Below are positions 20,583 through 31,400 of a stretch of DNA of 64,000 nucleotides, piece by piece. The number at the start of each line of letters is the position of its first letter. The stretch's first letter is position 1. The notes beneath the pieces are model-generated. The model was not told the DNA's origin. It did not search any database and was given only the letters and a program-made list of their open reading frames with translations. The stretch lies in assembly GCA_963827235.1 (NCBI GenBank), contig CAWHAE010000009.1:1056001-1120000 (forward strand). The letters are read 5' to 3'. A program made the position numbers and the translations under genes. The stretch comes from an uncultured bacterium (GTDB lineage Bacteria > Chloroflexota > UBA5177 > JANWHV01).

Positions 20583-22472
20583 GTGCGACTCTGCAAACTG
20601 ATCGTCGAAAACCTCCGTTGCTATCGGCACCGAAGCGAGATAACGATCGGCGACCTCACAGCGCTTATCGGGAAGAACGACGTCGGAAAGAGCACTATTC
20701 TCGAAGCGTTGGAACTGTTCTTCAACGGCGAACTGGTCAAGATAGATCAGCAGGATCCACACGTTCACAACCGCGACAAGCCCGTTCGCATCTCGTGCGT
20801 TTTCAGCAACTTTCCCTCTGAGATCGTTCTCGATACCAAAGCCCGCACGTCTCTGGCTGCCGAGCATCTGCTCAACGAGGACGGCCTGCTGGAAGTCGTG
20901 AAAACGTACGACTGTCGCGGGAAAACTATAAAACCAACGGTGGCAGTTTGGGCGTACCATCCGACCTGCAGCGCGGCCGCAGATCTCCTTCAGTTGAAGC
21001 ATGCAGATCTGCTAAAGCGCGCTCGTGACCTGAATGTAGACCTCGACAAGGCAGACCAACGATCCAATGTCGACGTGCGGACAGCGATCCGCGATCACCT
21101 GGATGACAGCCTAGGGTTGAAAGCCACTAGTGTGCCACTCGCATCAGAGGACGGCGCGAAAGTCTGGGACCAGTTGCAGCGAGCGCTGCCCACGTTTGCA
21201 CTGTTCCAATCAGACCGTCCCAGCAAGGACGACGATCCAGAAGTGCAAGATCCGATGAGATTGGCGATCGCTGAGGCAGTCGAATCGGTGCAGAGCGAAC
21301 TCGATGCGATTCGAGAAAAAGTGCGCGAGTGCGCGGTAGGAGTAGCTCGAAGAACGCTCGAGAAGCTGCGAGACCTAGACCCTACGCTTGCCCAGCAACT
21401 GAATCCCGTTTTCAAGGCACAACCGCGCTGGGACGGCTTCAAGCTAGCGCTAAACGGCGACGAAGACATCCCAATAAACAAGCGAGGAAGCGGCGTCCGG
21501 CGGCTCATCCTGCTCAGTTTCTTCCGCGCCCAGGCAGAGCAACGACAACTGAAGAACGACAACCCCAGCATAATCTATGCGATCGAGGAGCCAGAAAGCT
21601 CTCAACATCCGGCAAACCAGCAGCTACTCGTCCGAGCACTCATCGACCTCAGCGAAGGGAACCAGACTCAGGTTCTCCTCACCACGCACGTACCCGGTAT
21701 CGCCGCCATGCTGCCAACGGAAAGCATCCGGTTCGTGCACCGCAACGCCGACGGCCACCCGATTGTAGAAACGGGAAGCGACGAAACCATGAGGCGCGTT
21801 GCGGACGATCTTGGCGTATTGCCAGATAGTCGGGTGCGGGTCCTACTGTACGTGGAAGGGCCCAACGACATTGCCTTCCTGGGCCACATGGCAAGACTGC
21901 TGCGATCGTCCGATCCCAACGTCATCGACATCGATGCAGATCCACGGGTGGCGTTCGTTCCGACAGGCGGCAGCACGCTCGGGCATTGGGTAACCGGCCA
22001 CTATCTGGCCGAGTTGAAGCTCAAGGAGGTTCACATCTTCGATCGAGACGAGGCAACACCGCCCAAGTATCAGAAAGACGTAGACCGAATCAACCAAAGG
22101 GGCGACGGCTCGTGGGCGGGGCTAACGAGCAAGCGCGAAATGGAGAACTACTTGCACCCCGAGGCCATCGCTGCCGTACTCGGCGTCCACATCTCCTTTT
22201 CCGACACGAGCGATGTCCCAGCACTCGTGGCCGAAGCGGTACACGCTGCCAGCGGTTCGGCAGTGACACCGTGGGCGGATCTCGACGACGACAAGAAGAG
22301 CGAGAAGATAGGAAGAGCCAAGAAGCGCCTCAACCGCGACGTTGCACAGGCGATGACCCTAAAGCAACTCGCTGAAATCGACAAGAGCGGCGAGATACGA
22401 GGGTGGTTGACGCACGTGGCATCGGCGCTCGAAATCCAAAATACAGTGTCGGGCACCGTGCCAAAGTCATAA
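20583..22472 (+). CDS. OLD-family ATP-dependent endonuclease (ABC ATPase + TOPRIM)
   Basis: GKNDVGKST, RGSGVRR, IEEPESSQHP, TTH, TOPRIM YVEGPND, FDRD, EMENY; AGGAGG RBS. Confidence 0.9.
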   Translation: MRLCKLIVENLRCYRHRSEITIGDLTALIGKNDVGKSTILEALELFFNGELVKIDQQDPHVHNRDKPVRISCVFSNFPSEIVLDTKARTSLAAEHLLNEDGLLEVVKTYDCRGKTIKPTVAVWAYHPTCSAAADLLQLKHADLLKRARDLNVDLDKADQRSNVDVRTAIRDHLDDSLGLKATSVPLASEDGAKVWDQLQRALPTFALFQSDRPSKDDDPEVQDPMRLAIAEAVESVQSELDAIREKVRECAVGVARRTLEKLRDLDPTLAQQLNPVFKAQPRWDGFKLALNGDEDIPINKRGSGVRRLILLSFFRAQAEQRQLKNDNPSIIYAIEEPESSQHPANQQLLVRALIDLSEGNQTQVLLTTHVPGIAAMLPTESIRFVHRNADGHPIVETGSDETMRRVADDLGVLPDSRVRVLLYVEGPNDIAFLGHMARLLRSSDPNVIDIDADPRVAFVPTGGSTLGHWVTGHYLAELKLKEVHIFDRDEATPPKYQKDVDRINQRGDGSWAGLTSKREMENYLHPEAIAAVLGVHISFSDTSDVPALVAEAVHAASGSAVTPWADLDDDKKSEKIGRAKKRLNRDVAQAMTLKQLAEIDKSGEIRGWLTHVASALEIQNTVSGTVPKS

Positions 22473-22883
22473 GAGCACCGGAAGAGACACGTGCAGCCAC
22501 ACCAACGCCTCGTGGCCTCCGAGGCGAGGGACGGAACGGACGAAACGGATGCGAACCAATACTAGGGAAACGCACATAGTTTGAGCGATGAGCAGCAACG
22601 TTGAAAGAGCGGGAAGATGCGAAGAACATGGAGAGGGGTGGAGACGGCGATCGTGAGCCTAGCCCGCCTAAACGATGTCGAACGTCAAGGAAACCCTGTG
22701 GACATCAATCTTGACATCTTTCCTACCATTTATGCCTACTAGTCGACCCACCGCGACCGAACGAAGAAGTAGAATGGGGTTAGGGTGCGGTCCGTGCAAC
22801 GCCAATTGCGTACAATCGGTGGCGGCACGTCCAGACCACTCAAGCAAAAACGTCCCGACCGAGTCCGAATTGAGAAACGTTCA

Positions 22884-24191
22884 ATGAGCCAGATACGTCG
22901 TCAACCGCCACTAGACGCGCCGAGTTCGCCCCCACGGGGAATCGCCGCTCGGCAAGACGCGATGGGCTCGGGAAAAGGTATGGCCCCAGCCGTTAAATCC
23001 GCGATAGATGCAGACGACCCCATGCTGTCGACCGAGACTCGTTCGAACGGCGATGGCAGATCCCTTCAGTGGGTCGGCCGGCTAGGGAAAGCGCGGTGGG
23101 CGGATGGCAAGGGACCTAAAGTCATCGACCTTTGCGCCGGCTGCGGCGGTTTGACTCTAGGATTTCGTTCCGTGGGCTTTCAGGTCGTTGCCGCCGCGGA
23201 AATAGACTCAGTGGCTGCAATGGCACACCGAAAGAACTTCCCCAACGTGACGCTCTTCGGGCCCGGTAGCGAATCAACGGGTGAGGGCGACATCACAAAG
23301 CTCACAGGCGGACAACTGCTCGCTGCCACCGGGCTCGAACCCGGCCAATTGGACGTCCTAATCGGCGGCATTCCCTGCCAAGGCTTCTCCGAAATCGGGC
23401 GGCGACGCTGCGAAGACCCTCGCAACGTCCTGTACCAGCACTTCGTGCGGTTGGTCGGAGATCTCCGACCCAAGGCGTTCTTGATCGAGAACGTTCCAGC
23501 GATGACATGGATGCATGGCGGGAAACAGTTCGACGACCTGATCTCGTCTCTCGAGCGACTAGGGTACTCCGCAACGCAATCGCTCGTGAACGCTGCAACG
23601 TATGGCGTCCCGCAGATGCGAACGCGCCTACTCGTGGCAGGCACACTGACTGGACAGAAAATAACGTTCCCCCAGGGTCCGCGTGCGGTAGAACAGTACG
23701 TGACGGTAGACGACGCTATCGGCGATCTTCCGGATGACCTATCCCACCTCCCCTTCCGGGCCGCGCCAGCTCAGCCCTATCGAGCGTCCGCCACGTCCAC
23801 ATACGCGCGGTTGCTTCGCGGCGATGGGACTCTGGTAAATCGACTCACCCCTACCGAACATACGCCCGAGTTGCAAGCACGCTTAAGCGCGCTTCTGCCG
23901 GGAGGGATCGACCCACCGACCCGGCATCGCCGCCTCGATGCCTGCGGCCAAGCATGGACCATACGCGCAGGGGCACGCGCGCGAACGGCGTGCCGACCAA
24001 TCCATCCGACGCAACCACGCGTGATCAACGTGCGCGAGGCCGCCAGACTCCACTCAGTGCCAGACGAATTCTGGTTGCCGGAGGTGAAGTCCGGGGCACA
24101 CATGGTGATCGGGAACAGCGTAGCGCCGCTGATGGCCCATCATCTGGCAGACCTGCTGGCGCAACAAGCGTTCGCAGACGAGATGCCATGA
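22884..24191 (+). CDS. DNA (cytosine-5) methyltransferase (start uncertain)
   Basis: DLCAGCGG, GGIPCQGFS, ENV, GVPQMRTR, REAARL, GNSV motifs. Confidence 0.95.
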   Translation: MSQIRRQPPLDAPSSPPRGIAARQDAMGSGKGMAPAVKSAIDADDPMLSTETRSNGDGRSLQWVGRLGKARWADGKGPKVIDLCAGCGGLTLGFRSVGFQVVAAAEIDSVAAMAHRKNFPNVTLFGPGSESTGEGDITKLTGGQLLAATGLEPGQLDVLIGGIPCQGFSEIGRRRCEDPRNVLYQHFVRLVGDLRPKAFLIENVPAMTWMHGGKQFDDLISSLERLGYSATQSLVNAATYGVPQMRTRLLVAGTLTGQKITFPQGPRAVEQYVTVDDAIGDLPDDLSHLPFRAAPAQPYRASATSTYARLLRGDGTLVNRLTPTEHTPELQARLSALLPGGIDPPTRHRRLDACGQAWTIRAGARARTACRPIHPTQPRVINVREAARLHSVPDEFWLPEVKSGAHMVIGNSVAPLMAHHLADLLAQQAFADEMP

Positions 24192-24892
24192 GCGCTCCCA
24201 ACCACACCGAACCCACCATCGCTCGCGAACCGCACATCAGGGCGGTCGACGAACGATTGCGCGCAGCCTACGGAGTTTCCCGACTCGGGAACAAAGACGA
24301 TCCACTCGACGAGCTGTTCTTCATCATCTTGTCAGGTGCTACGACAGAAGCAACGTATTCCAAGACCTTCGACGCGCTGCGCGAACGCTTCCCCACCTGG
24401 AATGACGTGGCAAACGCGCGACAAGAAGAGATAGAAGTCGTGCTGCAACCGGCAGGTCTCTCGAAGAAGAAGGCAAGCGCTATCAAAGCAGTGTTGGCTG
24501 CGTTGGCAGCCAACAACGGCAGTCTCGACCTCAGCTTCCTCAACAACCAGACCGACGAAGACGCCTACGATTTCCTTCGAACGCTGCCCGGCGTAGGACC
24601 GAAGACGGCGCGCTGCGTGCTCGCGTACAGCACCCTCAACCGCGAGGCCTTTCCCGTCGACGCCCACGTCTCACGCGTGGTGCAACGACTGGGCTGGAGC
24701 GCGCACGACCGACTGACCGATCGAGTGCACGACGCTGTCCAAGCGACCATACCACCCGACGTGCGGCAGAGCCTGCACGTGAACCTCGTAATTCACGGGC
24801 GTACGACCTGCAAGCAGCGCCGACCTCGCTGCAGAACGTGCGTGCTGCGAGACCTCTGCCCGTCCGCAGTCGTGCCAGAGAAAGCCAGCTGA
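24188..24892 (+). CDS. Endonuclease III/HhH-GPD DNA glycosylase with 4Fe-4S cluster
   Basis: HhH LPGVGPKTA, FPVDAHV, C-terminal CKQRRPRCRTCVLRDLC; ATGA overlap with the MTase. Confidence 0.9.
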   Translation: MSAPNHTEPTIAREPHIRAVDERLRAAYGVSRLGNKDDPLDELFFIILSGATTEATYSKTFDALRERFPTWNDVANARQEEIEVVLQPAGLSKKKASAIKAVLAALAANNGSLDLSFLNNQTDEDAYDFLRTLPGVGPKTARCVLAYSTLNREAFPVDAHVSRVVQRLGWSAHDRLTDRVHDAVQATIPPDVRQSLHVNLVIHGRTTCKQRRPRCRTCVLRDLCPSAVVPEKAS

Positions 24893-24894
24893 TC

Positions 24895-26883
24895 ATGCAC
24901 CGAAACGACAACGTCCTCGAAATCCTACAGTTCAGCTACGAAAACGATCGCGCGACCGCCAAGTATGCGGGAGCAGCGCCAGCGTCGGATGCGTTTCTCG
25001 AAGGACTGTACGTCGACACGTTGCTCGATACGGCGCTGGCGAACGACATCCTAAACGACGAGTTCGATCTGGTGCTCATCACCGGCAACCCAGGAGACGG
25101 AAAGACGGCATTCCTGGATAGGCTGTTCCAGAAAGGCCGAACCACCGCCAACAGACCGATCGAAATCCTTCACGACGCAACGCAACCGAGCAAGGACGAC
25201 CGCACGGCGCTGGCTGAACGGGAACTCTCTTACTTTCTGGAGGATCTCACCGACGAACGATGGGATCCCAAGTCCGCCAAGCGTCGCGTGCGGGTGGTCG
25301 GCATCAATGAAGGCATGCTGGCGCGCACGCTCCGAAACCCCAAAGGCAAGTACGCGAAGCACCTGGCGAGCCTCCTGCAAAAGCCGCCGCTCAAGGGGAC
25401 GGGGGACTTTCGCTGCGCGACCGTGAACCTCAACGACAGAGCGTTGGTGCACTTGCCGCTCGGTTTGGGGACCAGCCTGCTCGCCAAACTGTTGCATCGC
25501 GTGACAGATCCCAGGTTGTGGGAGGCGCGAGAGAGCGGTCAGAGTTGCGCCGCGTGTCCGGCCGAAGCCACCTGCCCGTTGCTGGCCAACGCACGAGCTT
25601 TGCGTCTCTCGCGTCCCCGACGACAAATCGAGCTGCTGTTCGCCATCGCACAGTTTCAGCGTCATCGCCACATCTCGATCAGGGATGCGCTCGCAGCGCT
25701 TGCCTACCTGATCGTGGGGCACGAGGACATGTATCGAAGCGGAGAACGAGGCACGGGTATCCCTGTGCATCCCTGCGACTACATCCAACGCGCCGTCGAC
25801 GAAGAGCGCTGGGGACACCTGTACCGTCGGCTCTTCTATCACGCAGGCTTCTTCGACGGCGACGTCTTCGAAGGCTACTTCCCAGAGTTGGGAGAAGCCG
25901 ACGAGTACCAACACCGCCTCTACGGCTTCGCCAACGCCTTCATCGTGGAAGAGCTAAACGTCGCCGACCCAGTGACCGCCTCAAACGCACGACTCGACGC
26001 CATCGAACTGGACGTCGTGACCAACGCCAGCGGATTGCTCGAGAGTCCGCCAACGTGGATGTACGACGTATGCCCGCTCGAACGGGAATTCTTTAGCATC
26101 CTCAGCCAAAGACTGCAAAGGATCGACGAGAAGATCTTAGCCGGCACCGTCGAAGGCTCGGACTACGAAAAAGCACGCGAATCGTCGCTGGCGCTGGCCT
26201 ACGTCGCATCGCGGGCGGCAAAGCGGCGAGCGTTCTTCTTCGACCCGAGTCTTCCCGACCAAGACGCGACGCCCTATGCAAGCTTGGCGCAGTTCTTCGG
26301 GGTGCTGACCTACGTGACCGGCCAGTCCGACCCCACCGCCGAAGACCACTTCGACGAAGCGGTAGAGTCCACCATTCCAGGTGGAGTGATAGCGAGCGAG
26401 CGCCTGCCCGTCCCCGCATCGCCGATCGATAAGTTGGTAGTACGGCTGAGCGACGAGCGCGGCAGCGTAGGCGCTAGCATCGAGTTTCCCGTCGCCGACC
26501 TCAGCGCCGCACTCTTTTCGCCGACGCAAGAAGAGGCCAACATCGACAAGGACCACAACTACCAGCACACGGTAGCGCGACGCCGGTACGTGGAGTATTT
26601 TCCAACGTTCCTGGTGTATCGGCCGTTCAAGGGAGAAACTCAACATCTCATCGTCACGCTCGATCTGTACGAGTTGCTGTTCCGGCTGCGACGAGGCTAC
26701 AGCGAAGCCTTCGGCCATCAGCACCGCGTGCAGCAGCTTCGCATCTTCAAAGCCGCGCTCAGGGCGCGCGGTGCCTCCCGATTGAACTTGTTCGACGCCG
26801 AACAGAACGCGCTGCACGTGGTCGCGCAGGTCCAGCTAGGAGACGCGTCTGGGAAGCGCTCTGCAAGAGTGAGGTTCCAATGA
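24895..26883 (+). CDS. P-loop ATPase resembling the MAD6 C-terminal / DptF ATPase
   Basis: YVDTLLD...LVLITGNPGDGKTAF, GINEG, NLNDR, CxxC-x5-C...NA, HISIRD; similarity recalled, not searched. Confidence 0.7.
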   Translation: MHRNDNVLEILQFSYENDRATAKYAGAAPASDAFLEGLYVDTLLDTALANDILNDEFDLVLITGNPGDGKTAFLDRLFQKGRTTANRPIEILHDATQPSKDDRTALAERELSYFLEDLTDERWDPKSAKRRVRVVGINEGMLARTLRNPKGKYAKHLASLLQKPPLKGTGDFRCATVNLNDRALVHLPLGLGTSLLAKLLHRVTDPRLWEARESGQSCAACPAEATCPLLANARALRLSRPRRQIELLFAIAQFQRHRHISIRDALAALAYLIVGHEDMYRSGERGTGIPVHPCDYIQRAVDEERWGHLYRRLFYHAGFFDGDVFEGYFPELGEADEYQHRLYGFANAFIVEELNVADPVTASNARLDAIELDVVTNASGLLESPPTWMYDVCPLEREFFSILSQRLQRIDEKILAGTVEGSDYEKARESSLALAYVASRAAKRRAFFFDPSLPDQDATPYASLAQFFGVLTYVTGQSDPTAEDHFDEAVESTIPGGVIASERLPVPASPIDKLVVRLSDERGSVGASIEFPVADLSAALFSPTQEEANIDKDHNYQHTVARRRYVEYFPTFLVYRPFKGETQHLIVTLDLYELLFRLRRGYSEAFGHQHRVQQLRIFKAALRARGASRLNLFDAEQNALHVVAQVQLGDASGKRSARVRFQ

Positions 26884-28493
26884 CCCAAACAGCCAAGAGC
26901 GCAGACGACGTCATATGGGAGAAGATCTACCACAAGAGAGTCGACCGTCTGTTCCTGCCGCTCGGCATTCGCCAGAATAGGATCGAGGACATCTTTACCG
27001 ACTTTCTGGCCTCGCTTGTAGCCTACGCGCACGGGCGCGGGGCTGTCGGAACCAGCGACGACAAGGATCGGTTCGGCATCCTCGAGGCCGATCTGCGGCA
27101 AGGGGTGCGTCACGTGTCCATGCCCGAAGACGACTTCAAGCGATCGCTGGTATTCCGGTGGCTGCGCAGCGAATTGGTCCGCAACGAACGGTCGTCGAAC
27201 AGCGGACGGACGAGAAACGCCGGCCATTCCATCGTGCCGCTACACGTCGCGGTCGCAGAACGCTTCGGGCGGCCAGAAGGGGGCATTCCGAATTACGGCG
27301 AATGTCTGTGCGAAATGCTGACCGCAGGCCGTCCTGCAGGGCGAGAGGACGCCTTGCTCAAGAGCCTATGGGACTTCTTCAAGGAGAATGGGGGCGATCC
27401 GCTCGCGACGATCCTGGAGTTAGCCTTATCCTCCAACGAATCAACCGAGGAGACCCAACGGCCCTGGGCCTTGCCGGCGCGGTCCCTAGTCCGCTGTCCC
27501 CAACACGCACGCGCGTTCCAGCGAGACGTAGAACACGTGCTCCGGTTCGTGAATCACGTGTCGCGAAGCACCATGCTCGTGTGGCTCTACTCGCTGTTCG
27601 CCTTTCACCTCGCAACGTACTTCCTTCGCATGGCGAAGGCGGCGCAACGCTGTGCAACAAGCCTGGCCAAAACCATGGAGAGCGGGATCGTCGAGTACCA
27701 AGCGTGCCAGCTATGCGGCTTGACGCTCGCTAACGGTCGCGCAACCGGCTCGTGCTCCAACGAGGTGCAGATCGTCCTTGGCGAACGCAATCTCGATCAC
27801 GCGCGACTGATGAAACGATATCCGTACTACACAAGCCAACTGCCAATCGCCAAGTCGTACTTCGAGCAGCTCTACGACGATCGATCGCTGGCGGCCATGG
27901 ATGAAGCCGATGCGCTCGCGAGCACGTTCGAGCGAATTGCCGCAGAAGTCATCGCCAAGCCGAACGAGGTCAAGGGTTGGTTCGAGATGCTCGCTGGCGA
28001 ATACCCCGTGCACACCAGCACGTCCCCTCGTGGCGCGCAGGCGCGAAGTGCCTGGCGACTAGCGGAAGCCGACAAGCGCCAAGCACTCGAACTGCTGCAG
28101 CGCGGCCAAGCCACCGCGTTCGAAACCGTAGCCTTCCACCTAAATTTCAACGACATGTCGCGGGCTTCCAACAGCATCCAAGAATGGCAGTTCTATCAAA
28201 CGCTGGCACGCGATCCAGTGTACGGATTTGCCAGCGGGCGAGGCGAAGAACTCAACTACAAGCTCTCGGATGGACTGCTAGCAGCACTCGTGCACGCCCA
28301 CATCGTAGAGGTAAACGGCGAAGCCACGGTGCGAACGTTCGAGGAATCGCTGGAAAGCCGAGGCCTTAGGATCGACGATGGCTATCGCAGCGCGCTCATG
28401 GAAGCGCTCGTCAACGCGGGCACGATGGAAGCGATTGCCGACGCAGGCGATGCAAAGCGCCTGTCGGCCCTTTACGAATGGGACAAAGCGTGA
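26880..28493 (+). CDS. Hypothetical protein, MAD7/DptG-like middle subunit
   Basis: Coupled on both sides; C-terminal winged-helix-like end (YKLSDGLLAALV...ADAGDA); position between the ATPase and the giant gene. Confidence 0.55.
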   Translation: MTQTAKSADDVIWEKIYHKRVDRLFLPLGIRQNRIEDIFTDFLASLVAYAHGRGAVGTSDDKDRFGILEADLRQGVRHVSMPEDDFKRSLVFRWLRSELVRNERSSNSGRTRNAGHSIVPLHVAVAERFGRPEGGIPNYGECLCEMLTAGRPAGREDALLKSLWDFFKENGGDPLATILELALSSNESTEETQRPWALPARSLVRCPQHARAFQRDVEHVLRFVNHVSRSTMLVWLYSLFAFHLATYFLRMAKAAQRCATSLAKTMESGIVEYQACQLCGLTLANGRATGSCSNEVQIVLGERNLDHARLMKRYPYYTSQLPIAKSYFEQLYDDRSLAAMDEADALASTFERIAAEVIAKPNEVKGWFEMLAGEYPVHTSTSPRGAQARSAWRLAEADKRQALELLQRGQATAFETVAFHLNFNDMSRASNSIQEWQFYQTLARDPVYGFASGRGEELNYKLSDGLLAALVHAHIVEVNGEATVRTFEESLESRGLRIDDGYRSALMEALVNAGTMEAIADAGDAKRLSALYEWDKA

Positions 28494-31400
28494 TGACGCC
28501 CTTACCCAACATCCCGACGACGGCGAGCGCGGCGTTGGCGCGAGCGGCGTACGAATACTTCGCCGGACGCAAGGACGTGCGCACCAAACGCCTGCTCGTC
28601 CACCATTACCCGCGACGGATCCTGGAAAGCACGGCGGAGGCCTTCTACGGTCTAGCGGAGAAACGAGACGGCGGCCTTTTCATAGCAGACAAGCGAGTGA
28701 CGGTCGGATTGATACAGCCTCCCAACGAAACCGACTCGTTGAAGGCCTTTAGCGGGTGGCAATACGGCTGCTCGCCGGACTGGCCGGTGCGGGCTCGAGA
28801 CGTAGGTGGATTCCTGCTGTTGCTGTGCCCCCCGGATTGGTACGAATCGCTGCACGAATCGATCCGATCGAATTCTTTCATGGCCTTCGACCAGGGACAA
28901 AGCGCCGGAGCGCCCTCGGCCGTGGCAACCGCGATGATCGCTGCAGCTGGCTTGGACGAGCCAGAGGAAAATCTCCTCAAATCCATCGTCCGGGAACTAC
29001 TCGCGCGCGCGCAGCGACGGCGTCACGACGTGGGAATCGTCGACGTGCTCGAAGCCCTCGAACGTTACCTCGGCGAAGATGCCGTACCTAGCCCAGCCTC
29101 CCTGCGAGCGCTTGGGCTCGTGCCGGACGCCCGGTTGACCGCGGATCTCGATGAGCGTGAAGTGCGCAGGCTCGTTCGAGACAATCTGGACTACCAAGCG
29201 ACGCTAAGCGCGGAAATGGCGCGCTTACCCTCCAAATACCTACAGGAACGATTTCCCACGGAGGCCGAACGTCCAATAGCAGAGCGCTTGCGCGCGCACG
29301 TCGCGCAGTTCGACTACGACCTGCGCGTGGACGATCTCACGTGGCGCACCACCTGGCCACCCGACCTCACCCTCGGCCAATTGCTCGGCAAGACGGGAAC
29401 AGGGCCTCTGGGTCCGCGACCTAAAGCCACGGTGCGCGCGCTAACAGTCGATTCGGTGGCGCGATGGGAAGACGCCGAGGTCGTTGAAGCGAACGGAATC
29501 GACCTAACGTGGAAGGTTGCGGGGCCAGAAGAAGCTCGATCGGGCGAGGTAACGGCGTTCGTAGACGGCATTGAGATCGAAGACGCCACAGCCCAACTCA
29601 GCGACCAGTACGTGCAGATACCAAACATACCTCCCGGCCGGCACACGGTGGAGCTGCGTGCGTCCGACGACGACGAGCTGGAGGTACTCGGGCAAACGCG
29701 TTGCGAGGTATTCGTGGTCAAAGACGGCATCGTGCCGTTCTCCATACGGGGGCAACGGGCGATAGGCGATCGATTCGAGGTTCTTCCCGGAAGAGACGTC
29801 CAACTCGTATGGCGAAGCCCAGCGGACGACGGCATCGCGCAATGGGTGGTCAAGATCGAGTCGATCTCCGGCACCACCGAGGAAGTACGACTGAGCCGAA
29901 CCACCGAACAATATCGGGTCGACGGCGGCATTACCGAACCCACCGATTTCGAACTGAGCGGCGTCGACGTCGACGGACGGCGCGTATGCGGGGCGCTCCT
30001 TCAAGTGTCACCGGTCGCAGACGATGAGAGAAAGGCGATTAAGGCAGCCTCGGTTGCCCAAGGCCTCGTGGCCGCCGCCCGAAACCTGCGTGCGAAACGA
30101 GAGGTATGGGCTAGCGTGCGGACGAAGCCGCTGGACATCAAGATAGAAGAGGTGAGCGAAGTCGGCTACACCATACGATTCGTCGACGGCGACCAGGTGG
30201 TGTGGGAGCAGCGATGCAACGCGCCCAACTCCGAACTGCTCGACGGTATGGAACGCGGTTTCACTGCAAAGCCCGACCGGCCGTGGCTCCTCGCTGCACC
30301 GGCACGATGGACCACCCAACCCTGGCCATGCCACCCAAGCAAGCAACCAGAGATTGCGACGTGGGAAGGACAACTGCGCGCCAGCGCGCCAGGTCTCGAG
30401 GATTACCTCAGCGCCCGGCGGACGCTCTTCGAGAGGATGGGCGAACGGTCAAACGACCAGATGCCACCGATCAACACCCTGCCGCTCGCGGACTTCGAAA
30501 CTGAAATCGTAGCGTACGCAACGGCCTACCGCCGGGCGCTCGAAGCGCTGGTCAAAGATGGAAACGCATTCCAATCGTTCCACGCGCTGCTCTCGCTAGT
30601 GGACACGGTGGCTTTCGTCTCAAACGTATGGCGCGACCCCTACGCGGTGGCCGGAGACCGCGCCAACGTGGTGGCGCTCGCCGTCGCTCCAACGCACCCC
30701 CTACGACTGCTTTGGCTGCTACAACTGGAGTTAGCCGTGCGAGCGGTCGTTGCGGGAGGCGGCGGAGGAGACTTCAATCCGGACTCCTTCAGCGGCCTAT
30801 CCGGAATGAACTACCCTCCCTACCTCGTGGACTTCGACCGGCACTTCTACCGCAACGTCGGCGTGTCGCCCACCTACGGCTGGGCGCTCTACCTTCCCGA
30901 GGCGCAGACGGAGAGCGATACGTTCTTCTCTCCCGTCCTGCAGAAAGCGCTAGAGTTGCGCACCACGGGCGAAAACGTAGCCGTGAGCGCCGAACAAATA
31001 CGAAACGCGCTCGCGTACTACCACGAGGCATTTCCGTTTCGGGACGTCATTCGGTTCCACTACATAGGCGCTGGCTCCGGCGAGCGGATCGTCGAAGCGC
31101 TGACAGGTTGGGAAGACGGACCGCGTCGCGCAACCGGCGCGCGGAAAGCCGTAAGCCGCACGACCGCAGAGAGGATGCGGTTCGTCGTAAACTTGCTAGA
31201 CGTATACGAAGCGGAACGGCCGGCCGGTACCGGAAGAGCCTTTGAAGAATACGCTTCCCAAAGCTCGGACGAGGATCCACTGCTCGAGAACGCGCTGTTT
31301 GCCGTGCAAACCGTCGAGCGCAGCAGATTCGAACGGGTGGATGCGGAACTCCCGCAAATCCCGCGGCACCACATCGTCTTCGGCAGCGATTTCTTCGCCA

